The notes beneath the pieces were generated by a model. The model ran no database searches. It worked only from the letters and a program-made list of their open reading frames with translations, and was not told the DNA's origin. From contig OZ024756.1 of NCBI GenBank assembly GCA_964016885.1, positions 5,022,001 to 5,086,000 on the forward strand: a stretch of DNA of 64,000 nt. Direction: 5' to 3'. Within the stretch, counting starts at the first letter, position 1. Each line of letters starts with the position of its first letter. The position numbers and the translations under genes are program-made. The DNA is from Eledone cirrhosa (Eukaryota). Below are positions 41,406 through 53,786 of this stretch, one piece after another.

Positions 41406-42227
41406 ATTCGTTTAGTGATATGCTGCTTGCAGGAAAAAAACACGTCGTTTTGCTCGTGCGTCCAGCAGACATATGAGTTCCTGAAAGGGTCTCCCAGCCA
41501 TCGTGCTTGCTCTTGTTTTTACCAAAACAATCTCTTCGGAACACACACACACACATATATATGTAAATGTGTGTGTGTGTGTGTGTGCAACATGATAAAT
41601 AAGATGGGTGTAGAGTGCTTTATATCAGCAGAAGTGCTCTGTAGTTGAATAAGGAAGATAGTATACAACATTCTTTAGACTACTTTTTAGTTTCATACCG
41701 GGGCATGGTTTATAAATATTAAGACTTGGGGATTGCCGAACAGTCGTATGGATATAGCTCCAAGAAAATGATCTGTACCAGTAGAAAACTAGACGGTAGC
41801 CGACGTAATGTTATATAGCTCAAATAGTTGTACATAATAGTATATAGATGTAGTAGGTTAAGATGCTGTGACTAAAGGAATATTACAATTTGAGACATTG
41901 TAATTCACACTTGAAAATCGGTTTTTAATATTGTGTAAACCTCTAATTGAGAATGTATTTGTGCATGTCTCTCTATGAATGTATACGTGTGCGTATATGT
42001 ATGTGAGCGTTGATGTATATGTATGTAAGTGTTCATGTATATGTATGTAAGTGTACATATACATATGTTTATCTACTTGTATATGAATAACTATGTATAT
42101 ACATTTTTATACGCACTTCACTAATATATTCATGTGTAATGTTATTTGCGAATATACATATTTTCCTCTTTGCTTGTTTCCTTAAAGCGTATCATCCTTC
42201 CGTTGGTATATATTTATTATGCAATTT

Positions 42228-42285
42228 ACACCTGATGAGGTCACCGGGTTCTTACGCAACCTGGCCACTGAAATGTGCATAGTGT
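42228..42285 (+). ncRNA. Type I hammerhead ribozyme
   Basis: acac CTGATGA g gtcaccggg ttcttacgcaa cctggccac t GAAA tgtgca TA gtgt; the insert ends in (TA)n at ~42345. Confidence 0.72.
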
Positions 42286-42341
42286 TTACAGCAATAAGAA
42301 CTTAAGGATATTCAACATATCTGGCCTCCTGGCATTTCACT

Positions 42342-42387
<46 letters not shown>

Positions 42388-42389
<2 letters not shown>

Positions 42390-42658
42390 TACGTTATTCC
42401 GGGTTGAATCGGAGGTAACCACAGTAAGTAAGGTACTCAATACATTGCAGAGTATAAAAGTTTTAATATAGATGAGATTCTACAGGACTAGAACTGTTTC
42501 ATTCTTTAGAAATCATCATGAATCTGGGTATCAAAAAATAAGTATGGTATTTATAGGTCCTATAAATACCATACTTATTTTTTGATACCCAGATTCATGA
42601 TGATTTCTAAAGAATGAAACAGTTCTAGTCCTGTAGAATCTCATCTATATTAAAACTA
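42388..42658 (-). mobile_element. Palindromic mini-element in (TA)n with variant hammerhead (42592-42640 and its mirror)
   Basis: Arms 42460-42657; gattc ATGATGA tttctaaagaat GAAACAG ttctagtc CTGTA gaatc; tail with actc…gtattgagtac. Confidence 0.68.
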
Positions 42659-42679
42659 TATATATATATATATATATAT

Positions 42680-42782
42680 AGTGGTAGAACACTGGAAGGT
42701 AATATCCGTAGTGGTAGAGCTGCGGATCCGCTAAGGTGAACCAATTGTTCTCGGTATGGTGAACTAACTGTTGTGTAACCAC

Positions 42783-42787
<5 letters not shown>
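42680..42787. mobile_element. Family D mini-element, rearranged (inverted tail + body)
   Basis: Reverse-complemented tail joined to a body ending at gtaaccacttc|TA. Confidence 0.65.
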
Positions 42788-42839
<52 letters not shown>

Positions 42840-42937
42840 ATATCACTGAATATTTACTCCAGAAAGCTGTCGAGTGCTCTGAATCAGTTATAAACATTTA
42901 TATTTGTTGAATTTCCAACAAATTAAATATCCCTTCT

Positions 42938-42969
<32 letters not shown>

Positions 42970-42975
<6 letters not shown>

Positions 42976-43584
42976 AGAAGGGATATTTAAGACTGTAAAA
43001 ACTAGCTTATCTTTATAATTTAAAATTGATACACACTACGATACTTTTTGCCTTATGACAGCTGGTTTTCACGCCGTAACATTAGATACATTATATACCC
43101 CCCACCTAAGTAATGTCAGGGTCTCCTTAAATAGTTTATTGATAGCATTGTTGTAATTGTTGTTATTGTTCTAATTGAATGCCATAACTACTCCATATAG
43201 TAGCCGTATTTTCTTTTCTTTTCTTGCCTGTGTATATTCTTCATTCTCGCATGCTCCGAAGATCTGACTGGTTATAATTCTGTATTGGCGATCGAGTAAC
43301 GCAAAATTAAGCGGATAGCGATCTCTAGACATACCAGTTCAGTGAAACAAATGTAAGCTATGTGATTAAAAACTTTTTTGTATAGCAAACCATGTAAACC
43401 TTCTTTCCTGATTTATTATTACTCCAAGTGTTTACAACATAGGAATTGCAGCATACCCGCAGCATCACTATGAAAACGCCTTGTTGAGTCAAACTAAGCC
43501 AAGCGTTAATATCATCCATTACCTGGAATACCATAACTGGACTTCACCTAAGTGGACTGCATTTAACTATTATTTGTTAATCCG

Positions 43585-43585
<1 letters not shown>
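42970..43585 (+). mobile_element. TA-flanked insert with degenerate hammerhead at 43253-43358
   Basis: gct CCGAAGA t ctgactggt…accagttcag t GAAAC aaat GTA agc; tail tactcc…ttgttgagt. Confidence 0.6.
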
Positions 43586-43614
<29 letters not shown>

Positions 43615-43616
<2 letters not shown>

Positions 43617-43879
43617 AAAGTTCTATTTAAATTGTTGGGATACAACAAGCAAATATTTTTATAACTTATATAAAGCACTCGACAAGTATTTGTCACTATC
43701 CTGATGTCTTCCAAAAGTAAAGGTTGCATTTTGAAAGGGTACGTCAATGTTTATTTATAAAACTGGTATATATTGTATTTTGTCTGATGAAGGCATACCA
43801 TAATTTAACATGGTATCCTTGAAATATGTATAATAAAATAAATATGGTTTTATAAATATAGTTTCCATTTGTTAATATC

Positions 43880-43882
<3 letters not shown>
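43615..43882 (+). mobile_element. Family B mini-element (inverted tail + body) with hammerhead at 43776-43840
   Basis: tattttgt CTGATGA aggcatacca taatttaaca tggtatcctt GAAA tatgta TA ataaaata; TA tracts on both sides. Confidence 0.78.
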
Positions 43883-43970
<88 letters not shown>

Positions 43971-43975
<5 letters not shown>

Positions 43976-44190
43976 GGTAACACAACAGTTAGTTCACTGA
44001 GAACAATTGTTCTCAGTATAGTGAACTAACTGTTGTGTAACCACTTCTACCTAACTTGTCCCATGGACTGAGTGCTCTACCACTACGGATATTACCTTCC
44101 AGTGTTCTACACACAGACACATACATACATACATACATACATATAGGAAACGAGTCAGGACCCCGACGGCTGAGCTCCGGCCGTTTTGAT
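43971..44190 (+). mobile_element. Family D mini-element plus family C fragment
   Basis: acaacagttagttcact…gtgaactaactgttgtg palindrome; ggaccccgacggctgagctc at 44158. Confidence 0.65.
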
Positions 44191-44279
44191 AAGCATATAG
44201 AGAGAAGTAGACAAAGAGATAGGTGTTCAATTATAGGGGAGTTAAAACGATCCGAGTGAGGAACGTATTAACTGCGGAA

Positions 44280-45032
44280 GGAATGGAGGTCTACTATGAC
44301 TTGTATATGGAGTGGAGTGGAGTCTACTATGACTTCTATATGGAGTGGAGTGTAGTAGTGGAGTCTACTATGACTTCTATATGGGGTGGAGGTGGAGTGG
44401 AGTCTACTGCGACTTGTATATGGAGTGGAGGTGGTGAGGTAGTGGAGTCTACTGTGACTTCTATATGGAGTGGAGGTGGAGTAGTTAGTGGAGTGAAGTA
44501 GTTGAGTCTACTATGACTTCTATATGGAATGGAGGTGGAGTAAGGTAGTGGAGTCGCCTGTGACTTCTATATGGAGTGGAGGGGGAGTAGTGGAGTGGAG
44601 TGAGGTAGTGGAGTCTACTATGACTTCTATATGGAATGGAGGTGGAGTAAGGTAGTGGAGTCGCCTGTGACTTCTATATGGAGTGGAGGTGGAGTAGTTA
44701 GTGGAGTGAAGTAGTTGAGTCTACTATGACTTCTATATGGAATGGAGGTGGAGTAAGGTAGTGGAGTCGCCTGTGATTTCTATACGGAGTGGAGGTGGAG
44801 TAGTTAGTGGAGTGAAGTAGTTGAGTCTATATGGAGTGGAGGTGGAGTAAGGTAGTGGAGTCGCCTGTGACATCTATATGGAGTGGAGGTGGAGTAGTTA
44901 GTGGAGTGAGGTAGTGGAGTCTACTATGACTTCTATATGGAATGGAGGTGGAGTAAGGTAGGGGAGTCGCCTGTGACTTCTATATGGAGTGGAGTGGTGT
45001 AGTGGAGTGTAGTGAGGTAGTGGAGTCTACTA
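44280..45032. repeat. GGAGT-rich minisatellite (~45-60 bp units)
   Basis: gagtctactatgacttctatatggagtggag… repeated. Confidence 0.85.
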
Positions 45033-45127
45033 TAATTCCCTTATTGAAGGTAAGTTATCGCCAAGATAAACGGTAACCATAGAATTTACCTGTCAGATTC
45101 CTTTGAAAATCAATAAAACACGATCAA

Positions 45128-45747
45128 TGTTGTCGTTGTTGTCGTTGTTGTTGTTGTAGTTGTTGTTGTTACCTGTAATATGGCGTTGTAGTATGGTGTG
45201 GGTAATGATGGTGTTGTTGTTGTTGGTGTTGTTGGTGTTGTTGTTGGTGTTGTTGGTGTTGGTGTTGGTGTTGTTGGTGTTGGTGTTGGTGTTGGTGTTG
45301 GTGTTGGTGGTGTTGTTGGTGTTGTTGGTGTTGGTGTTGTTGGTGTTGTTGGTGTTGGTGTTGTTGGTGTTGTTGGTGGTGTTGTTGGTGGTGATGGTGT
45401 TGGTGTTGGTGGTGTTGGTGTTGGTGTTGGTGTTGGTGGTGTTGTTGGTGGTGTTGTTGGTGTTGGTGTTGTTGGTGTTGGTGTTGTTGGTGTTGTCGGT
45501 GTTGTTGTTGGTGTTGTTGTTGGTGTTGTTGCTGTTGGTGTTTTTATTGGTGTTGTTGTTGGTGTTGTTGGTGTTGTTGTTGGTAATGATGGTGGTGGTG
45601 ATAGCAGTGGTGATGGTGGTGGAGGAAGTGGTGGAGGCGGTAGTATTAATGGTGGTGGAGGCAGTGATGGTGGTAGTGGGGGTAATATTAGAGCTTCTGG
45701 TGGTTTCAACTGAGAAGGACTGGGTTTATGTGAAAGAAAGATGTGAG

Positions 45748-45781
<34 letters not shown>

Positions 45782-46535
45782 GTTCATACACGCACACATA
45801 CATGCACATACACAGGTGCATACGCACACACAAATGTATGTAGATACACACGTATACACACACATTCACACACACATATACACACGTTCACTTCACACAC
45901 ACGTCTTCTTTCCACTTAATTTGTCACACACATGCACACGCACACATGCACACGCACACATGCACACGCACACATGCACACGCACACGCACACATGCACA
46001 TACACATACCTATACACACACATACGCACACAATTCACACACAGATACACATATGCACATACACAATTCACGCACATGCACACACACATGCACACACACA
46101 TACACATACATATGCACACACATACGTGCACACGCACACGGGCACATACACCTACAGACATGCACACACCTACACCCATGCACACATACATGCACACACA
46201 CATACACATACGTGCACACGGGCACATACACCTACACATATGCACACACCTACACCCATGCACACATACATGCACACACACATACACATACGTGCACATA
46301 CACCTACACACATGCACACACCTACACACATGCACACACTACACACATGCATACTCACACACCTACACACATGCACACACCTACACACATGCACACACTA
46401 CACACATGCATACACACACACATGCATACACACTCACACACCTACACACATGCACACACCTACACACATGCACACACCTACACACATGCACACACTACAC
46501 ACATGCATACACACACACATACATACACACATGCA
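45128..46535. repeat. (GTT/GGT)n followed by (CA)-rich microsatellites
   Basis: Direct. Confidence 0.9.
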
Positions 46536-46647
46536 CAAATAGGATATAAAAAAAAAATTCAAAAGACAAAACCAAAAAGTAAGAGTCCAACCAAATCAAT
46601 GACATCTTCGTAAATGGTAGAATCTAGAATATAGGAGAAAGGTATAC

Positions 46648-46840
46648 AAATAATTGTTTCTACTTTAGGCACAAGGCCAGCAATTACCCAGTGCATTACT
46701 GGTACTTTATTTTATCGACCCCGTAAGGATGAAAGGCAAAGTTAACCTCGGAGGGATTTGAACTCAGAATGGCAAGGGCCGTAACTCTATGCGTCAAAGC
46801 ATGGCGTCCGACCCTCTACCGATACTGCTAATCCACCGCC
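46648..46840 (-). mobile_element. Full-length SINE-A copy
   Basis: Reverse complement of 8166-8360. Confidence 0.88.
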
Positions 46841-47610
46841 GTGGTGGTGGTGGCGGCATGATGGTGGTGGCAGTGGTGGTGGAGGTGGTAGTAGTAATGG
46901 TGGCGGTGGTGGCAGTGGTGGTGGAGGTGGTGGTAGTAGTGATGGTGGCGGTGGTGGCAGTGGTGGTGGAGGTGGTAGTAGTGATGGTGGCGGTGGTGAT
47001 GGTGGTGATGACAGTGGTGGATGCGGTAGTAGTGATGGTGGTGGAGGCAGTGGTGATGGTGGTGGAGGCAGTGGTGATGGTGGTGGTGATGGCAGTGGTG
47101 ATGGTGGTGGAGGAAGTGGTGGAGGCAGTGGTGATGGTGGTGGTGATGGCAGTGGTGATGGTGGTGGAGGAAGTGGTGGATGCGGTAGTAGTAATGGTGG
47201 TGGAGGCAGTGGTGATGGTGGTGGTGATGGCAGTGGTGATGGTGGTGGAGGAAGTGGTGGAGGCAGTGGTGATGGTGGTGGTGATGGCAGTGGTGATGGT
47301 GGTGGAGGAAGTGGTGGATGCGGTAGTAGTAATGGTGGTGGAGGCAGTGGTGATGGTGGTGGAGGCAGTGGTGATGGTGGTGGTGATGGCATGGTGATGG
47401 TGGTGGAGGAAGTGGTGGAAGCGGTAATAGTAACGGTGGTGGAGGCAGTGGTGATGGTGGTGGTGATGGTGGTGATGATGGTGGTGGTGATGGCAGTGAT
47501 GAAGGTGGTGGAGGAAGTGGTGGAGGCAGTGGTGATGGTGGTGGTGATGGCAGTGATGAAGGTGGTGGAGGAAGTGGTGGAGGTAGTCGTAGTAACGGTG
47601 GTGGAGGCAT
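46841..47610. repeat. (GGT/GAT/GGA)n trinucleotide minisatellite
   Basis: Direct. Confidence 0.9.
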
Positions 47611-48120
47611 AAGGTATAAAAATAATATGGTATCTAGATAAGGATCTGTGTTATTGAGTTCCCTGAATGACGATAACTCAATGCCGCATACATTGATCTG
47701 CTTACTATGTTATTATTAAATATCTTTCTATATATTTATATTAAATTCCACCAATTTCCAGGAACTGAACAGAAGTGAAGAAAAAACGGGAGTCAAGTTA
47801 GTTGTAGGTGGAAAAATAGCGAGAAATAGGAAAATGTCACATAAAAGGGATTGAGTGAGAGGGAATTTATATTATAGATTGATAGATAAATATATAGTTA
47901 GATAGATTTATATCGATAGGGCGATAGATATATAGTTATATAGAACGATAGATAAATAACTATATATCTATCGTTCTGCTCATATTAGTATCTATAAATC
48001 TATCTAACTATATATCAAAATAGATAGATTTATAGATACTAATATCGACAGAACGATAGATATATAGTTAGATAGATTTATAGATACTTAGATAGAGCGA
48101 TAGATATATAATTAGATATG

Positions 48121-49062
48121 TTTCTTTATTAACCACAATGGCACAAAAGAAGGGGACAAATACAAAGGGGGAAGTTTACATACAATAAAAACGTGCAAAA
48201 TATTATCATAAATTCAATTTAAAAATTAGTCGATTTTCCCAAATCGGGGGAGACAGTTCATATGGGTAACACATACCCCCGAAAAATAATGTGCAACCCT
48301 CATCTCCAGGAGTACGAAGAGTTTGTACTCCCTTTCTCTCCTCCTCTTTTTCCTCAACCTACAGGCTGATATAGAGAGAAGGTCCATTCACTCGGGCCAT
48401 TCTCGCCACTTTCACCCACCTTTCATAAAACTTGATGGGGTACAGCACCTCTCTCTCCATCCTGATTCTTCTTCCCAGTAGTATTTGAAAAAAGAATCAG
48501 TTGTTGGCCGGAGAGAAAGGTGTCTGACCTCAGCCCTTTCAACCTTGTCCACCATACAACCTCTTTCGCCATAGCTATCACACAAAGGAAAACCGCCTCT
48601 CCTTCGTTTTTGAAGGAGGGTGGTGGTTTGATCATGACAATGGACTCGGTGGTTAACCGGATTGGTCCCACCAGCGACAATAGTCGTTTTACATAACCCC
48701 ACAGGTCGGTGACGCCCGGGCAGTGTATGAATGCGTGCGCGACGGTTTCTTCGTCTCGCACGCACCTCGGACAGATCTTTTTTGCAGGGTCCCTGCCCGG
48801 GCGCCCATGTCTGTAGAGCTTGTCTCGAACTGGTAGAGCTCCTCGGTAGCACTACCAGGCCAGGGACTTTTGTAAGTTGTCCATCGTTCCCGGGCGGAAG
48901 GTCCTACCAAACAGACTGGCCAGTTCGTCTTCCTCTACGCCTAGAGTTTCACCGAGCACGTAGTCACACTTGCTGCGGATGAACCCTCTATAGAGTGACG
49001 AAGTGGAGTCTCCACTGATCGCCGGTTCCGCCTGCCAGAGGGCTGTGAGCGCCTGAGCACAT
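48121..49062 (-). mobile_element. L1/Tx1-type LINE 3' fragment (degenerate)
   Basis: ETVAHAFIHCPGVTDLWGY…AMAKEVVWWTRLKG; close to 56000-56697. Confidence 0.88.
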
Positions 49063-49561
49063 TTGATGGGGTCGATAAAATAAAGTACCAGTAATACACT
49101 GGGTATTTGCTGGCCTTGTGCCTAAAGTAGAAACAATTATTTAGATAGTTAAATAGATAGATAGATTGATAAATATAGAGAGTTATATAGGCGATGAATT
49201 TGTTTTGCAAGGCTTTTGATATGAAATCGTGTGTTGAAACAAATATTGTTCTATTTCAGTGGTACCATTGATGATGTCACGGGTGTGTGATGAAAGAACT
49301 TTGATAGACTATATATATATATATATATATTTATATCTGTATTTTTAACTGTTGGTCAATTAATGATAAACATTGATTGCCAGATAAATTAACTATGGAG
49401 ATATAACATATACAGAAGCGAAAACCAATCGAAACAGTGAGTGTGTTTTGTTATTATTTCTGGCAATATTATAACAATATGACCCTCCCCAAGTATAACA
49501 ATATAGTTAGATAGATTTATAGACACTTACATATACAACCCGATGGATTCATAGATAGATA

Positions 49562-50050
49562 TATTTCTTCATTTGCCACAAAGGTGTACAAAAATGTGAT
49601 ATTACAAGAAGTGACGGCGGGGGTTTTACATAACATCTTTAACAATAATGAATAACAATAAACTATATATAAAATAAAATAAAACAATCGAAATACCCAA
49701 TAGGGTGGAACGTTACTGCGGGGTTGTTTTACACCCCGTGGATAGAAAAACCCTCAACACCAGGAGCACGTTTTGTAGGTGTTCCTGTCGTCTCTCTGTT
49801 TGTCTTCCACAACTTACAGGCTTATATACAGAGAAGGCCCATTCACTCGGGCCATTTTCGCCACATCACTCACCTTTCAGCGAAACTATTGGGGTGTAGA
49901 ATCTCTCTCTCCACTCTCACCTTCCTTCTGAAGTGGTACTTAAAGAAGGGGGTGATATGTTGTCCGGAGAGAAAGGTGTTTGCCCTCAGTCCTTTTAACC
50001 TCGTCGACCATATTACCTGTTCCGCCATAACCACCAGACAGAGGAACACA
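49562..50050 (-). mobile_element. L1/Tx1-type LINE short 3' fragment (diverged subfamily)
   Basis: cactcgggccatt…, ccttttaacctcgtcgacca homologous to the 3' end of the other copies; flanked by GATA repeats. Confidence 0.75.
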
Positions 50051-50904
50051 GATAGATAAATAGTTAGATAGTTTTATAGATTTATAGATACTCGGGTAGA
50101 CAAACCGATAGATAAATAAATAGTTAGATAGATAAATACATATATAGATAAATTAGGTACATAGATGTTGGATGGATAGCTAGATATATATAGAGAGAGA
50201 ATTATCTAGATAGATAAATTGATGGATAGACAGGTAAATAGATTTATTGATAGGTAGATAGATAGGTAGATAAATTGAATTGAATGATTGATTGATTGAT
50301 AAATAGCGATAGATTGGTGGGTAGATATGTAGATAAATAGATAATTAAGACATACACGTATACATACACGAGCGAAAATAATGGAGATGACTTATATAAT
50401 GGAACAACTGGAAAGCAGATATAAATATAGTACAATAGTAAAGGACAGGCAAATGTAATAAAGAGCGAGGAGAAAAGAGAAATTTAATTCCATGTTTTAC
50501 CATGAATTAAAGGTGTTGTAAGAAGGATGAAGGGATACAGATATATTAAAGATTTCGGAGAGATAATCACCTGGTATTTCCTCTAAAAAATTTTTTTGTT
50601 CTGCAGTATATTTGTGGAAATGTATTTTTAGATTAATCGAAAACTCGAGAGACTCTTGTAAAAGGGATGACAAAAAAAAAAAACGAGGAAATATTAAAGG
50701 TTGCTTAAAGAAATATGTTTAATATCATTTTTCTCTTTCTATTTGGTTATATTGATATTATACGGTTCAGATCACGTTATTATGTAGTATCGAAAAACTA
50801 TTGTGTTTAGAATAAATGAACGGAGAGTTTAACATAATAGATATCGGTTTTTATGAGAAATGTTTCATAGTATTGTAAATATGTATCAGAGTGAAGGAAA
50901 GAAT

Positions 50905-52490
50905 GGTTATGAATTGTAATGATATGAGAACTATGTTAGAGTAAAATGGCCTAGAATATGTTTATAGACTGGTGATATAAGAGGTTAGAGTTAAAAGAAG
51001 ACACCTCTGGAAGATGTGTCAGGACTGTGGTGATACGAGAGCTGTGTTAGAGCAGAGAACCCTGGATGGTATGTTTGGACTGTAGTAATACGAGAGCTGT
51101 GTTAGAGCAAGGGACACTGGATGATGTATTTGGACTGTAGTGATACCAGAGATCTATTAGAGGAAAACCACTGGAAGATGTTTGGATTGTGATGATACGA
51201 GAGCTGTGTTAGAGCAAAGAACCCTGGAATATGTTTAGACAGTGGTGATATAAGAGCTGTGTTGCAGCAAAGAACCCTGGAATATGTTTAGACAGTGGTG
51301 ATATAAGAGCTGTGTTGCAGCAAAAACCCTGGAATATGTTTGGACAGTGGTGATATAAGAGCTGTGTTACAGCAAAGAACCCTGGAATATGTTTAGACAG
51401 TGGTGATATAAGAGCTGTATTGCAGCAAAGAACCCTGGAATATGTTTGGACAGTGGTGATATAAGAGCTGTGTTACAGCAAAGAACCCTGGAATATATTT
51501 GGACAGTGGTGATATAAGAGCTGTGTTACAGCAAAGAACCCTGGAATATGTTTGGACAGTGGTGATATAAGAGCTGTGTTACAGCAAAGAACCCTGGAAT
51601 ATATTTGGACAGTGGTGATATAAGAGCTGTGTTACAGCAAAGAACCCTGGAATATGTTTGGACAGTGGTGATATAAGAGCTGTGTTACAGCAAAGAACCC
51701 TGGAATATATTTGGACAGTGGTGATATAAGAGCTGTGTTACAGCAAAGAACCCTGGAATATGTTTGGACAGTGGTGATATAAGAGCTGTGTTGTAGCAAA
51801 GAACCCTGGAATATGTTTGGACAGTGGTGATATAAGAGCTGTGTTACAGCAAAGAACCCTGGAATATATTTGGACAGTGGTGATATAAGAGCTGTGTTAC
51901 AGCAAAGAACCCTGGAATATGTTTGGACAGTGGTGATATAAGAGCTGTGTTACAGCAAAGAACCCTGGAATATATTTGGACAGTGGTGATATAAGAGCTG
52001 TGTTACAGCAAAGAACCCTGGAATATGTTTGGACAGTGGTGATATAAGAGCTGTGTTACAGCAAAGAACCCTGGAATATATTTGGACAGTGGTGATATAA
52101 GAGCTGTGTTACAGCAAAGAACCCTGGAATATGTTTGGACAGTGGTGATATAAGAGCTGTGTTACAGCAAAGAACCCTGGAATATGTTTGGGCCGTGTTG
52201 ATACGAGAGCTCTGTTAGAGCAAATAATTCTGGATGATGTGTTTAGACTGGTGATACAAGGGCTGTGTTTGAGCAAAATATCTGGAATATGTTTGGGCCG
52301 TGTTGATACGAGAGCTGTGTTACAGCAATGAACCCTGGATGATGTGTTTGGACTGGTGATACGAGAGCTGTGTTACAGCAATGAACCCTGGATGATGTGT
52401 TTGGACTGGTGATACGAGAGCTGTGTTACAGCAAAACCTCTGGATGATATATGTTTGGACTGTGGTGACACGAGAGCTGTGTTTGAGATG
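50905..52490 (+). repeat. 53-bp satellite, ~30 copies, homogeneous core 51200-52190
   Basis: Unit gagctgtgttacagcaaagaaccctggaatatRtttggacagtggtgatataa. Confidence 0.95.
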
Positions 52491-52719
52491 CGATCCCAAA
52501 CTCAAGGAGGCAAACGAGCAACTGTATAATGGAGGGAGAAGCACAGTCAGCCAAAACTGTGATGAGTAAGGAGAGGGATTTCCACCAATTATTTTACTAA
52601 TCTGCAATAGAGTTAAGTCTCTTATTAGTCATCATCACAGTTACTTCAGCTACTGAGGTAGCTGTGATCATATCACAGCTTAAAATATACCTTCATGTAT
52701 GCTTATTATACATAAACAG

Positions 52720-52885
52720 CAGTGAATTGGTAGTATCGGATGACATGTTTTTCAGCATAGAGTTACAGCCCTTTACAATCTAAGTTCAAATCCCGCCGAG
52801 GTTAACTTTGCCATTCATCCTTAAAATAAAGTACCAGTAATGCACTGGGATATTGCTGGCCTTGTGCCAAAAGTAGAAATAATTA
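52720..52885 (+). mobile_element. SINE-A copy
   Basis: Direct similarity. Confidence 0.8.
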
Positions 52886-53627
52886 TACATAAGGAACATA
52901 TTGTATATTCTTTCGTATATATCTCTATTATAAATCACGCTATGTTAGTGCTACTGTTTATTCTTATCGGGAATATACGACAGTTATCTGTTTATAAATA
53001 TAACTTTTACAGGGGTAGAATAGTTAAGATTTAACTAAAAAATCAAGAGAAATAAATATGAGAATAAGGGATGCTCTTTCATTTCCTGTAGATTTAGTGA
53101 TGTCTGTCAAAGAAAGAGAGGAGGGAAAGTAAGTGAGCTAGAGAGAATGAGTGAGAGGAAGAGAGAGTGAGAGTGAGAAAGTGATGGAAAGAGGAGAGAG
53201 GTAGCGAGAGAGAGAGAGAATGATTGAGAAAGAGAGGGAGTGAGTGAGAAAAAGAGGGAGAGAGTGAGTGATCGAGAGAGAGTAGGGAGGAAGTGAGAGA
53301 GAAAGGGAGCGAGAGAGAGTTAGGGAGAAAGTGAGAGAAAAAGGGAGCGAGAGGGAGTGAGGGAGAAAGTAAGAGAAAAAGAGAGAGAATGAGGGAGAGA
53401 GAGAGAGAGAAAGAGGGAGAGAGAGAGGGGATAAAGTGAAAAAGAGAACCGATCAAAAATTGAAATATTTCTAAAGACACGAAGACATTAAAAAAGGAAT
53501 AGAGGAGTGACGTTATCTTGATTTTTGAAGATTTTTAAACACGTTTAAAATATTTTAATAATCTCCAGTTACGTGATTGAACCAGTCAAGTTAGTTGATA
53601 GCTAAATACACCTCTTCTACATATGAA

Positions 53628-53660
<33 letters not shown>

Positions 53661-53707
53661 CTCTCTCTCTCTATATATAATTCTATCTATTTCTCTCTCT
53701 ATATAGT

Positions 53708-53786
<79 letters not shown>

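Noticed and set aside
42990-43170. Possible GIY-YIG C-terminus (LDTLYTPHL) upstream of the 43253 hammerhead
   Set aside because: Only a few residues with stops nearby; needs a profile search.
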